DNA of 64,000 nt from assembly GCA_963737155.1 (NCBI GenBank), contig CAVTRN010000002.1, positions 2,496,001-2,560,000 of the forward strand, written 5' to 3'. Position 1 is the stretch's first letter. The number at the start of each line of letters is the position of its first letter. Under the pieces are notes generated by a model. The model did not search any database and was not told the DNA's origin. It worked only from the letters and a program-made list of their open reading frames with translations. The position numbers and the translations under genes were made by a program. The DNA comes from Nitrospirota bacterium. GTDB taxonomy: Bacteria; Nitrospirota; UBA9217. Below, piece after piece: positions 1-9,399 of the stretch.

Positions 1-76
1 CAATGGCTATCAGCGCTATCCTGCTGCGTGAGCTCCGGGAACTGCGGTTTGTTTTTAAATAATTCCGTTTGCGCAT
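1..76 (-). CDS. Possible 5' end of a gene running off the left edge (basic N-terminus then a hydrophobic stretch)
   Basis: ATG at 76 reads MRKRNYLKTNRSSRSSRSRIALIAI with no stop before the edge; resembles a signal or anchor start. Too short to identify. Confidence 0.35.
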   Translation of the reverse strand, partial: MRKRNYLKTNRSSRSSRSRIALIAI

Positions 77-217
77 GGCATGAGTAGCGTGGTAGCCGCT
101 CGCTTTTTGTGTTACGGAAAAGAAAAGGACCGGGCTGTAAAAACAATACCACGAAGATCGGCTTCGTGGTAAAGTTGCACATCTGCATTTCGGATATGCT
201 TTATATCCCAAGCTTCG

Positions 218-274
218 TTATTTCTTTTTGGTGGTCTTCTTCGCCTTCTTTGCCGGGGCTTTCTTCGTCGCCAT
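218..274 (-). CDS. 18-aa Lys/Ala/Thr-rich micropeptide (MATKKAPAKKAKKTTKKK), histone H1-tail-like
   Basis: Manual translation, ATG 274 to TAA 218; SD-like GGAAGGGGGTGA just upstream; below the ORF-track cutoff. Confidence 0.7.
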   Translation of the reverse strand: MATKKAPAKKAKKTTKKK

Positions 275-367
275 GAGTCATCACCCCCTTCCATAAATGA
301 ATTTAAAATACGTGGCAAACAGGTAAGCTAACCTTGGTTCCACGCTCATTGCCAATCAGGGCAAATA

Positions 368-394
368 CGCCGGGGGACTCTGTGGCCCCCGGCG
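368..394 (-). terminator. GC-rich hairpin, likely intrinsic terminator after micropeptide 427-489
   Basis: Perfect 9-bp stem CGCCGGGGG/CCCCCGGCG, 9-nt loop, followed by TATTT on the minus strand. Confidence 0.55.
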
Positions 395-426
395 GGCCCC
401 ACTCTGCGGGACGCGATGCATGAAAA

Positions 427-489
427 CTACTTCTTCTTGGTGGCCTTCTTTTTGGTCGCTTTCTTCTTCGCTTTCTTCTTGGCTGCCAT
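427..489 (-). CDS. 20-aa Lys-rich micropeptide (MAAKKKAKKKATKKKATKKK), histone H1-tail-like
   Basis: Manual translation, ATG 489 to TAG 427; SD-like GAAAGGGGGTGG; starts 47 nt after the HEPN stop. Confidence 0.75.
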   Translation of the reverse strand: MAAKKKAKKKATKKKATKKK

Positions 490-536
490 TATTTGTCCAC
501 CCCCTTTCGGCATACCGCGTTCGGACTCAAGCGGCC

Positions 537-1022
537 TTATCTTGAAACAAGCTGAGGTACATAGTTAAGCAGTGACATCTGCGAGTACTTCTCCCGTATC
601 CTGCCGTTCACAAGCTCGATAAATTCCTCAGCATCTTTGATTGCTTGCCCTGCCTCATACCGGGATATGATGTGTTCGGCATCCTCTATAAAGCTCTGAT
701 ATTTCCGCCGCATTCTGTCAAACTTATTAATAAGACTTTTAAATTGCTCGCCGAGCAGCACTCCGGCGGCGGTTACTATGGTCTTTTGGGCATCTCGGCC
801 CCGGACTCCTTTGGGCCTGAAACCCTCGGTAGAAATCAAAGCTCTTGCTGAGCGAACCATTGCCAGGTAGGCAGTCGCAAAAGCCCATTCTTCGTCTTTG
901 TCCTGCAGAAGTTTGCTTGTCGCAAGGTCACGCTCCGCACGGGTAACGAGAGCTATGACCTCGCTGATCTCCGAAGAGCGCTCCTCAACAATCCCCAGAT
1001 TTTTTAACCTTTCATAAGTCAT
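537..1022 (-). CDS. HEPN domain protein with a degenerate catalytic motif
   Basis: AERDL..A..LL, AYLAMVRSARALI..EGFRP and FDRMRRK..A..AIKDAEEFI match HEPN helices; overlaps the MNT gene. No R-x4-6-H motif (RRKYQSFIED). Confidence 0.8.
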   Translation of the reverse strand: MTYERLKNLGIVEERSSEISEVIALVTRAERDLATSKLLQDKDEEWAFATAYLAMVRSARALISTEGFRPKGVRGRDAQKTIVTAAGVLLGEQFKSLINKFDRMRRKYQSFIEDAEHIISRYEAGQAIKDAEEFIELVNGRIREKYSQMSLLNYVPQLVSR

Positions 1023-1578
1023 CTTCCTTGCCTACCAGAAAAATTTTCTTGCCTTTCAATAATTCCCGTATAAAGGGATCCTTAGATTCCTTCCGTTTAC
1101 GGTACTCCTGCTCATCAAATACCAGATAATCGATGTCCTGCTTCAATTTTTCTTCAAGGCCCATCACCATATCGTTTAATTCCGTGATGTTTGCTTGGCC
1201 AATGACCATGAGATTGATGTTGCTGTCCTCTTTCTCAGACCCCTTGGCGTAGGATCCATAAATGAACGCCGCCTGAACCCCCTTAAGCCGGGAGAGCGAC
1301 GTCTTCATGGCGCCTTGCGCACCGGTCGTTTTGAAAATTAGACCTTTCATCTCGGCGAAGATCGGGGAATTTTTATTCGCGAAGTAGTATTTCTGGACAC
1401 CCCGCTTTTCTTTTCCCAAGAGCCCGATCTTAACAAGGTTGTCAAGCTCACGCTTGATCCCCGCCGCATCCTTCCCGATATGGCGCGCTATCTCCCTCAG
1501 ATAGAACCGATCATCCGGGTTGTTAAAGAACAGGCCTAAAAGCTCCGCTCTTGTCGAAGAGAAGAGTTTTGTCAGCAC
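1012..1578 (-). CDS. wHTH + minimal nucleotidyltransferase (MNT) fold protein, DxD replaced by NxN
   Basis: N-terminal wHTH (FYLREIARHIG..IKRELDNL); AFIYGSYAKG..DSNINLMVIG. GTG start with RBS GAGGTGA. Confidence 0.85.
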   Translation of the reverse strand: MLTKLFSSTRAELLGLFFNNPDDRFYLREIARHIGKDAAGIKRELDNLVKIGLLGKEKRGVQKYYFANKNSPIFAEMKGLIFKTTGAQGAMKTSLSRLKGVQAAFIYGSYAKGSEKEDSNINLMVIGQANITELNDMVMGLEEKLKQDIDYLVFDEQEYRKRKESKDPFIRELLKGKKIFLVGKEDDL

Positions 1579-1591
1579 CTTGTATCACCTC

Positions 1592-1630
1592 GTGGACAAA
1601 ATATACTACAAGAGTGTATATTTTGTCAAC
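1592..1630 (-). promoter_or_regulatory. Sigma70-like promoter overlapped by a 12-bp inverted repeat (putative autoregulatory operator)
   Basis: GACAAAATATAC (1595-1606), 9-nt spacer, GTATATTTTGTC (1616-1627); minus strand TTGACA-18-TATATT. Confidence 0.7.
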
Positions 1631-2146
1631 AAGAAAATTAAACAAATTATTTTTCCTATGGTTAGACAATTTATCAACACCGTAATCAACATGTTGAAAA
1701 ATTGTTCACAAATATTATTGTTTTGTCGATCATTTTCACACTATTACTTGTTAGGATTCGGCATCGCGAACTGGTGTTTTCCGGTGCTTCGATTGCATGC
1801 CAACCAGCAAGCGTCAATGCAACTTCCACGGCAAGATGAAAATATCCGCTCAAATAGCGCATCTATCAAGCGAAATGCACAAGCTCGGGTTCGATAACAA
1901 TGAATCAAGTTGGCGCATGAGTGCTAGAAATCTCACCTTAATATTTTTCATGCCGAGATTTTTAGTATCAGCGATGTTGAAATAAACTCCATTGAATCGC
2001 GGGCCATTTACGCGAATTCACAGACTCAGCAGATTTCTCTTTTGTTCGCCGCGTCACTTATGGTATAGTAAGTAAAATAAATCGTTGACATATTGTCTTC
2101 AAAAATTATTTTGTCATCAAATATTATTCGTATTATTCGGAGAACA

Positions 2147-3400
2147 ATGGAATTCAGTAAATTAGAGATACCCTATGAAGTAAAGCAGGGAATCGAGGAG
2201 GCAGGCTTCACGATTTGCACACCCGTTCAGGAAGAAGTCATCCCGCGGGCTGTTCGCGGAGAAGATGTAGCGGCGCAGGCACAGACAGGCACAGGCAAAA
2301 CAGCGGCTTTTCTTATTTCGCTGTTCACTCGGATGATCAGAAACCCGGTGGTGGACTTAGCGAACTCTCCTCAGGCGCTCATCATCGCTCCGACGCGCGA
2401 GCTTGCCGACCAGATATACCACGAAGCATTGCGTCTGGGAAAGTTCACGGGTTACCGCCTCCTGGCAGTCTATGGCGGCATCGATTACCAAAAACAGATG
2501 GATACCCTCCAGAAGGGCGTTGATGTGCTCATTGGAACCCCGGGCAGGCTCATTGATTATTACAAACAGAACATCTACAGCCTCAAGAAGACTCGCTATC
2601 TGATCATCGACGAGGCCGACCGCATGTTCGACATGGGTTTCATCGACGATCTGCGGTATCTTCTCCGGAAAATGCAACCTTATACCAAGCGACAGTCAAT
2701 GCTCTTCTCGGCAACTCTCTCCTACCGTGTGATGGAACTCGCCTATGAATTTATGAACCTTTCTGAGAAGATTTCGATCACGCCAGAAAAAATAACCGTG
2801 GAGCAGGTGGAACAGGTCCTTTACCACGTCGGTAAACACGAGAAAATTCCGCTCCTGCTCGGACTCCTTAGAAAGGAAAAACCCTTCCGCACACTCATCT
2901 TCGTGAACACCCGGCGCGCGGCCGACATGGTCGTTGAGCGTTTGAACCGGAACAATTGGAAGGCCGATGCGATCACCGGCGACATCATCCAGAAAAAAAG
3001 GCTCCGGCTTCTCGCTGAATTTAAAGAAGGAAAACTTCCCATTCTCGTCGCGACCGACGTGGCCAGCCGCGGCATTCATGTCGAAGGGGTGACCCATGTC
3101 ATCAATTATGACCTTCCCCAGGACGCCGAGGATTACGTGCACCGCATCGGCCGGACAGGCCGCGCAGGAGCAACGGGAAAAGCACTCAGCCTCGCGGACG
3201 AAGAATACGTCTATTCCCTTGAGGTCATCGAAAAATACATCGGCCAGAAAATCCCAGTAGAGTGGGCCGAAGATACCATGTACGTCAGGGAAATACGCAG
3301 GACCGCGGAAGAAAAAAAGCATGCTGCGGCAATTGCGGTACAGAAACTCCATCACCCCTCAAAGAACCGCCGTTTCCAATCGAGAACAAAACACCATTAA
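2147..3400 (+). CDS. DEAD-box ATP-dependent RNA helicase (RhlB-like)
   Basis: AQTGTGKT, PTRELA, DEAD, SAT, HRIGRTGR motifs; ATG 2147 follows GGAG. Confidence 0.93.
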   Translation: MEFSKLEIPYEVKQGIEEAGFTICTPVQEEVIPRAVRGEDVAAQAQTGTGKTAAFLISLFTRMIRNPVVDLANSPQALIIAPTRELADQIYHEALRLGKFTGYRLLAVYGGIDYQKQMDTLQKGVDVLIGTPGRLIDYYKQNIYSLKKTRYLIIDEADRMFDMGFIDDLRYLLRKMQPYTKRQSMLFSATLSYRVMELAYEFMNLSEKISITPEKITVEQVEQVLYHVGKHEKIPLLLGLLRKEKPFRTLIFVNTRRAADMVVERLNRNNWKADAITGDIIQKKRLRLLAEFKEGKLPILVATDVASRGIHVEGVTHVINYDLPQDAEDYVHRIGRTGRAGATGKALSLADEEYVYSLEVIEKYIGQKIPVEWAEDTMYVREIRRTAEEKKHAAAIAVQKLHHPSKNRRFQSRTKHH

Positions 3401-3618
3401 TCAGGTTCACTGCCACCATGTACCGGTAACCATGAGCGTTGTGAGCTCTTGCCGTAATTTAGAATAGCCGCTCACAACAGATTCCAGCAACGCATGTTAG
3501 TGAATGCTGTTTTCCCACGGTGGTATAATAGTATCAGGGATTAGAGATGATTTTCCTCTTAAATTATTCTTACAACCCGGCCATATGGGAAGGCGCTTAA
3601 GCAAAGGGGTGTTTCGCC

Positions 3619-5325
3619 ATGGTTGAATTTATGTCAACTACAAATTATGAACGACCTTGGCTCCGTTTTTACGAACCCAGCGTTCCCTCCAGCCTTACCT
3701 ACCCCGAGATTACGCTCGGAGGCGTTCTTGAGCGGAATGCAAGGAAATACCCGGACCATCATGTGATCCTTTTTTACGGGAAGAAAATTTCCTACCGCGA
3801 GCTTGATAAACTTGCGAACCAATTTGGACGAGCCCTCACTACACTGGGGGTGAAAAAAGGCCATCGCGTCGCGCTCATGCTGCCCAATATCCCGCAAATG
3901 GTAATTGCCTACTATGGGGCGCTTCGAACCGGTGCCGTAGTTGTTCCGACCAACCCGCTTTACCACGAGCATGAGCTGGAAGTGCAGCTCAAGGACAGCG
4001 GAACCGAGACGCTCGTTGCGGTCGACATGTTTTATCCAATGATTTCCCGCGTTATTCCGCGGACAAAGGTCAACCATCTAATCCTCTGCGGCATTAAGGA
4101 TTATCTCCCCTTTCCCTTGAACCTTCTGTACCCGGTAAAGGCGTGGATCAACCGGGAATGGGTTCGTGTAAAACGCGCACCTCCAATCTATGATTTTCTC
4201 GATATCATGAGAGATAAAGACGCTTCCCCGCCCGATGCAACGGTGTCCCCTGATGATGTTGCGTTGCTCCAATACACCGGCGGTACGACAGGGATACCAA
4301 AAGGCGCCATCCTGACCCATCGCAACCTTGTAGTGAACGCCGTACAAAGCAATGCCTGGCTTACACTAGGGAATGAAGATAAAGTGATTATTCTCGCGGT
4401 AATCCCCTTTTTCCATGTTTACGGAATGACAACGGCCATGAACCTCGGCATCTTCATGGGTGCCGAACTGCTCCTTCTTCCCAAGTTTCATACGAAGGAG
4501 GTGCTGCGATTCATTGAAAAGTACCGGCCTCAGATATTCCCGGGTATTCAGGCCATGTATCTTGCTATAGGCCATTATCCAAAGGTTCGGAAGTACGATC
4601 TGTCGTCAGCGAAGGTCGCCCTGAGTGGAGCAGGTCCTCTGATGCATGAGGTGCAGGAGCAATTTGAGCGCGCGACAGGAGGAAGGATTGTTGAAGGATA
4701 TGGCCTTTCCGAAGCATCGCCCGTGACCCATGCTAATCCGATTTTCGGCAAGCGAAAAGCGGGCAGCATCGGCCTGCCCTGGCCAGATACCGAAGCGCGG
4801 ATTATGGACATCGAGACCGGCGAGAAAATACTTCCGATCGGCGAAACAGGGGAGCTCGTCATCAGGGGACCGCAGGTCATGAGCGGCTACTGGCACAAGC
4901 CAACGGAAACAGCGACAGCGCTGCGAAATGGATGGCTCCATACCGGCGATATCGCCAGAATGGATGAAGACGGCTACTTCTTCATCGTGGACAGGATTAA
5001 GGACATGATCAAAACGGTGGGAGAGAATGTTTATCCACGTGAAGTGGAGGAAGTGCTCTACACACACCCCAAGGTTAAGGAAGCGGTAGTTGTCGGACTC
5101 CCGCATGAGGAATATCTCGGGGAGAAGATCAAGGCGTTCATCGTCCTGAAGGAAGGAACGACTGCGACAGCCGAGGAGATTATCCAGTACTGTCGAGAGC
5201 AGCTGTCGAAATTTAAAGTGCCGAAAGAGGTTGAATTTCGCGACAGGCTCCCAAAAACCCTAGTAGGAAAAGTGCTTCGCAGAGTGCTCCGGGATGAAGA
5301 GATAAAGAAAGTCGAGGCGAAATGA
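3619..5325 (+). CDS. fadD: Long-chain-fatty-acid--CoA ligase
   Basis: YTGGTTGIPKG AMP-binding loop, EGYGLSE, LHTGD, PKT..GK. Confidence 0.9.
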   Translation: MVEFMSTTNYERPWLRFYEPSVPSSLTYPEITLGGVLERNARKYPDHHVILFYGKKISYRELDKLANQFGRALTTLGVKKGHRVALMLPNIPQMVIAYYGALRTGAVVVPTNPLYHEHELEVQLKDSGTETLVAVDMFYPMISRVIPRTKVNHLILCGIKDYLPFPLNLLYPVKAWINREWVRVKRAPPIYDFLDIMRDKDASPPDATVSPDDVALLQYTGGTTGIPKGAILTHRNLVVNAVQSNAWLTLGNEDKVIILAVIPFFHVYGMTTAMNLGIFMGAELLLLPKFHTKEVLRFIEKYRPQIFPGIQAMYLAIGHYPKVRKYDLSSAKVALSGAGPLMHEVQEQFERATGGRIVEGYGLSEASPVTHANPIFGKRKAGSIGLPWPDTEARIMDIETGEKILPIGETGELVIRGPQVMSGYWHKPTETATALRNGWLHTGDIARMDEDGYFFIVDRIKDMIKTVGENVYPREVEEVLYTHPKVKEAVVVGLPHEEYLGEKIKAFIVLKEGTTATAEEIIQYCREQLSKFKVPKEVEFRDRLPKTLVGKVLRRVLRDEEIKKVEAK

Positions 5326-5435
5326 CGAGGATCGGTATCGTGAGACACGAACAATAATCAGCTCTTGAAGTAGGTGTCCACCCGTTCTTCGCTTCCCATC
5401 CAGCCCGGCGCTTGCCATTTAACGAGGCAATGCTC

Positions 5436-6719
5436 ATGAAGGAAGTCGTTATCATAGATGGTTTGCGAACACCTTACGCCAAGGCCGGCACGGCTTTCAA
5501 GGATGTACCTGCTGTTGACCTCGGGGCAGCCATTCTCAGAGAGATCGTCGCGCGCACTGGGCTCGACCGGGATCGCATTGACGAGGTAATCATCGGCAAT
5601 GCGGGGATGCCTTCGGAAGCGGCCAACATTGCCCGGGTTATCGCGCTCCGCGCGGGAATTCCCGAGCGGATACCTGCTTACAGTGTGCAGAGGAATTGCG
5701 CGTCGGGCATGCAAGCGGTGGCGAGCGCCTATACCCAGATCCTCGCTGGCATGAGCAAGGTCGTGCTTGTTGGTGGTGTGGAGTCCATGTCCAATTATCC
5801 CTTCTATATAAAGAAGAAACTTCGTGATGTTCTGACTAGCGTGCAGAAATCCAAAAAGGTCGGCGGGAGAATTCGGGCAATCCTCTCGCTCCGGCCGAAG
5901 GATTTCGTACCTATTATCGGCCTCACGGAGGGGCTGACTGATCCAATCTCAGGGCTCATCATGGGCGAGACCGCGGAAGTTCTCGTGCGGGATTTCGCGA
6001 TCACGCGCCGCGAACAGGACGAATATGCTCTTGAAAGCCACCGGCGATGGGCAACAGCGAATGAGGCGGGAAAGTTTAAAAACGAAATCGTTCCCTACTA
6101 CGTGCCGCCGGATTTCCAAGCTGTTACAGAAGACATCGGGCCGCGCAAAAGCCAAACTCTGGAGGCCTTGCAAAAACTGAAGCCTTATTTCGATAAACGG
6201 TTTGGAACTGTCAGCGCAGGGAATTCATCGCCCATTACCGACGGTGCTGCAGCCGCTATTATCATGAGCACCGATCAGGCAAGGGAAATGGGCTACCACC
6301 CGCTCGGCCGCATCAGGGCCGTGGCCTTTGTCGGGTTTGATCCATCCCGTATGGGCATCAGTCCGCTCCATGCCACACATAAGGTTTTGAAGCTTGCAGG
6401 CATGACCATGAAAGACATTGGCCTCATAGAGCTGAACGAGGCTTTTGCAGCTCAGATCATTGCCGTGGAACGGGCCGCAGTGTCGAAGGAGTATTTTGCC
6501 AAGAATCTACCCGGCCAGGAACCGGTCGGCGAGTTCCGGCGCGATATCATGAACGTAAACGGTGGCGCGATTGCACTAGGGCATCCAGTCGGTTCATCGG
6601 GCCTCCGGATCATCATCACGCTACTGAAGGAAATGGAGCGCCGGGGCCTCTCAACCGGCCTCGCCACACTCTGTATCGGCGGCGGCCAGGGCGGGGCCAT
6701 GATCGTTGAGCGTATTTGA
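5436..6719 (+). CDS. fadI: Acetyl-CoA C-acyltransferase (3-ketoacyl-CoA thiolase, FadI-like)
   Basis: RNCASG, NEAFA, GHPVG, LCIGGGQG catalytic motifs; adjacent to FadJ. Confidence 0.88.
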   Translation: MKEVVIIDGLRTPYAKAGTAFKDVPAVDLGAAILREIVARTGLDRDRIDEVIIGNAGMPSEAANIARVIALRAGIPERIPAYSVQRNCASGMQAVASAYTQILAGMSKVVLVGGVESMSNYPFYIKKKLRDVLTSVQKSKKVGGRIRAILSLRPKDFVPIIGLTEGLTDPISGLIMGETAEVLVRDFAITRREQDEYALESHRRWATANEAGKFKNEIVPYYVPPDFQAVTEDIGPRKSQTLEALQKLKPYFDKRFGTVSAGNSSPITDGAAAAIIMSTDQAREMGYHPLGRIRAVAFVGFDPSRMGISPLHATHKVLKLAGMTMKDIGLIELNEAFAAQIIAVERAAVSKEYFAKNLPGQEPVGEFRRDIMNVNGGAIALGHPVGSSGLRIIITLLKEMERRGLSTGLATLCIGGGQGGAMIVERI

Positions 6720-6795
6720 TCTCGATGAATCATAAAAATATGTGGCGTTAGCATGCTGACAATCGTGATTTTTTGTACTCTAGTGCGAGGTTCCT

Positions 6796-8946
6796 ATGTT
6801 GGCTTTCGACTATAGAATAAACAAAGAAGGCGTCGCTATCCTCACGTTCGACCTCCCCGAGTCTACCGTAAACAAACTCACCACTCCGGCCATGGAGGAG
6901 TTGAACAGACTCCTTGACGAGCTTGCCGGCAATAAGGAAATAAAAGCGCTTGTATTCCGGAGCGGCAAAGAAGGCAATTTTATCGTGGGCGCCGATATTG
7001 CGGAAATCAGGGACATCGCCGACTCGGAGTCCGGAGAGCGTCTTTCACGAAAAGGCCAAGCAGTCATGAGCAAGCTCGAAACCCTTCCATTCCCCACAGT
7101 TGCGGCCATCCACGGTCCCTGCATGGGAGGGGGGCTGGAACTTGCACTTTCCTGCACCTATCGCATAGTCAGCAACAACCAGAAGACCGCCCTCGCTCTT
7201 CCTGAAGTGAAGCTTGGAATAATCCCGGGCTTCGGCGGCACGCAGCGACTGCCACGCGTCACAGGGCTTGCAAACGCCCTCGACGTAATTCTGACGGGCA
7301 AGTCCGTATTCGCCCAAAAAGCACGGAAGATGGGCCTGGCCGATGAAGTCACCCATAAAGAAATCCTCCTCGACCGTGCCATTGCCCTGGCAATAAGAAT
7401 GATCAGCAAACCGCGGCCTGCCACCATCAGGGCAAAGAGGCCTCTCTTCATCCGTTTGCTTGAAAGCAATCCTCTGACGAGGACAATCATCTACCGGTCA
7501 GCGGAAAACTCCGTGCTTCGGGAAACGCGGGGGAATTACCCGGCCACGCTCGCTGCGCTAAAAGCGGTCCGCTACGGCATGGCACATGGTGGCGAAGCAG
7601 GATATGCGAATGAAGCAAAACTTCTCGGCAGTCTCATACCAACCGAAATTTCAAAAAATCTCATTTCCCTTTTCTATCTCCAGGAGATGCTCAAGAAAAA
7701 CACTCACTCCCCCTCTGTCATCATCCGAAACGCCGGTGTTCTCGGTGCAGGTGTCATGGGTGGCGGCATTGCCCAGCTCTTTGGAGAAAAAGGCATCGAG
7801 GTCCGCGTGAAGGACGTTAATACCGGGGCAGTCGCATCAGGCCTCAGGGAAGCGTGGAAGATCTTTAGGAAGCGGCGGGACAAGGGGGTTCTAACCATGA
7901 TCCAGGCGCGCGACGGCTTCGATCGGGTTTCGGGAATTACCGATTATTCGGGCTTTGGACAAGTTGATATAGCAGTCGAGGCGGTCGTCGAGGATATGAA
8001 CGTTAAAAAATCGGTGCTGCGCGATTTCGAAGCCGTCGCGAAAAACAATGCGATCTATGCTTCTAATACTTCTTCGCTCTCCATTACAGACCTGGCTCTT
8101 GCCTCGAAACGTCCTGAGAGCGTCGCAGGGATGCACTTTTTCAATCCCGTGGAGAAGATGCCGCTCGTTGAAGTAATCAGGGGTAAAAAAACCTCCGCGG
8201 AAACTGTTGCAACAATTGTCGCGCTTGCGCGCAGGCTTGGCAAGCTTCCAGTGATCGTCAATGACGGGCCGGGCTTTCTCGTAAACCGTATTCTCATGCC
8301 CTACCTGAATGAGGCAGCCACAATGCTTGACAAGGGAAACACAATTGAGAATATTGATAACGCCCTGCTCTCCTTCGGCATGCCTATGGGCGCTTTCATT
8401 CTGTTTGATGAAATCGGCATTGACGTTGCTCACAAAGTCGCAGATATTTTGGAACAGGGACTAGGTGACCGCGTCAAACCGTCGCCGCTGCTGGAAGCCT
8501 TATATACGGGAGGCTACTACGGAAAGAAGAACGGAAAGGGATTTTATCAATATGAGGGGAGAAAACGCAGGGGACCTGATCTATCCATTTATACCAGGAT
8601 ACCGGAGAGATCAGGCAGTGACGGAAAGATCGGCCCGGAAGAGATCGTTGACAGGGCTGTGCTCCTTATGATAAAGGAAGCGGCGCTCTGTCTTGAAGAG
8701 AATATCATTGACCGGCCCGACCTTCTCGATGGAGCGCTTATTTTCGGCATCGGGTTTCCTCCTTTCCGAGGCGGCCTGCTCAGGTATGCGGACAAACTCG
8801 GCGCGAAAACCATTGTTAACAAACTTGAAAGTTACGCACAGAAATATGGCGAACGGTTCATGCCGACTAAGTTTCTCATGGAAATGGCAAAGACAGGTCG
8901 GGGTTTTTACGAAACGGCGGGCATGGAGAGGCTAAAGACGGCTTGA
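6796..8946 (+). CDS. fadJ: Fatty acid oxidation complex alpha subunit (enoyl-CoA hydratase / 3-hydroxyacyl-CoA dehydrogenase)
   Basis: GGGLE and LPEVKLGIIPG (hydratase); GAGVMG, SNTSSL, GMHFFNP (dehydrogenase). Confidence 0.9.
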   Translation: MLAFDYRINKEGVAILTFDLPESTVNKLTTPAMEELNRLLDELAGNKEIKALVFRSGKEGNFIVGADIAEIRDIADSESGERLSRKGQAVMSKLETLPFPTVAAIHGPCMGGGLELALSCTYRIVSNNQKTALALPEVKLGIIPGFGGTQRLPRVTGLANALDVILTGKSVFAQKARKMGLADEVTHKEILLDRAIALAIRMISKPRPATIRAKRPLFIRLLESNPLTRTIIYRSAENSVLRETRGNYPATLAALKAVRYGMAHGGEAGYANEAKLLGSLIPTEISKNLISLFYLQEMLKKNTHSPSVIIRNAGVLGAGVMGGGIAQLFGEKGIEVRVKDVNTGAVASGLREAWKIFRKRRDKGVLTMIQARDGFDRVSGITDYSGFGQVDIAVEAVVEDMNVKKSVLRDFEAVAKNNAIYASNTSSLSITDLALASKRPESVAGMHFFNPVEKMPLVEVIRGKKTSAETVATIVALARRLGKLPVIVNDGPGFLVNRILMPYLNEAATMLDKGNTIENIDNALLSFGMPMGAFILFDEIGIDVAHKVADILEQGLGDRVKPSPLLEALYTGGYYGKKNGKGFYQYEGRKRRGPDLSIYTRIPERSGSDGKIGPEEIVDRAVLLMIKEAALCLEENIIDRPDLLDGALIFGIGFPPFRGGLLRYADKLGAKTIVNKLESYAQKYGERFMPTKFLMEMAKTGRGFYETAGMERLKTA

Positions 8947-9399
8947 TTTACGAACGACCGTAGCAAGTGCGCAAACACTGGCAAGCCACCGAGAAGTTCT
9001 TCCCGAATATTATGAATTTTTATAGAAAAATGATTCTAACGATAAGCACGCTTTGGGCTGTGCCGACGATCCCGCGAAATAGGGATTCGAAGAAAGTAAG
9101 CCCGAAGCCATCATGACAGCGCGCAGAAATTTGTCCTCTGTTTGGAATTTTTGATGGGGAAAAGACTACAGTCCTTATCTATCCACTGCATTAGAGGGAC
9201 GCAGCGTGACTAGAAATATCTTTTGGCAGGGATGGACTGGGCCCGTTTCAGCCCCTGTTTTTCTGTTCTCCATCAAGTCTTCATTTCGATACGATGGAAT
9301 CGCTGCTAACTTAAGATCAAGGATGCCCATAAAAATTCACTAACAGACCTTCGATCTCCTTCATCCGCAATCCCGGCCCTGCATGCCTGTTATAACGGC

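Noticed and set aside
112-318. 68-aa Arg-rich ORF in the track
   Set aside because: It is an alternate frame over the 218-274 micropeptide, which has the proper SD and ATG; its Arg run is a frame shadow of the Lys codons.
310-345. Possible sigma54 promoter TGGAAC..TTAGC before micropeptide 218-274
   Set aside because: GG-to-GC spacing is 11 nt, not the required 10.
1520-1985. ORFs 1520-1897 and 1797-1985
   Set aside because: They lie in an AT-rich divergent promoter region, lack RBSs and show no protein-like motifs.
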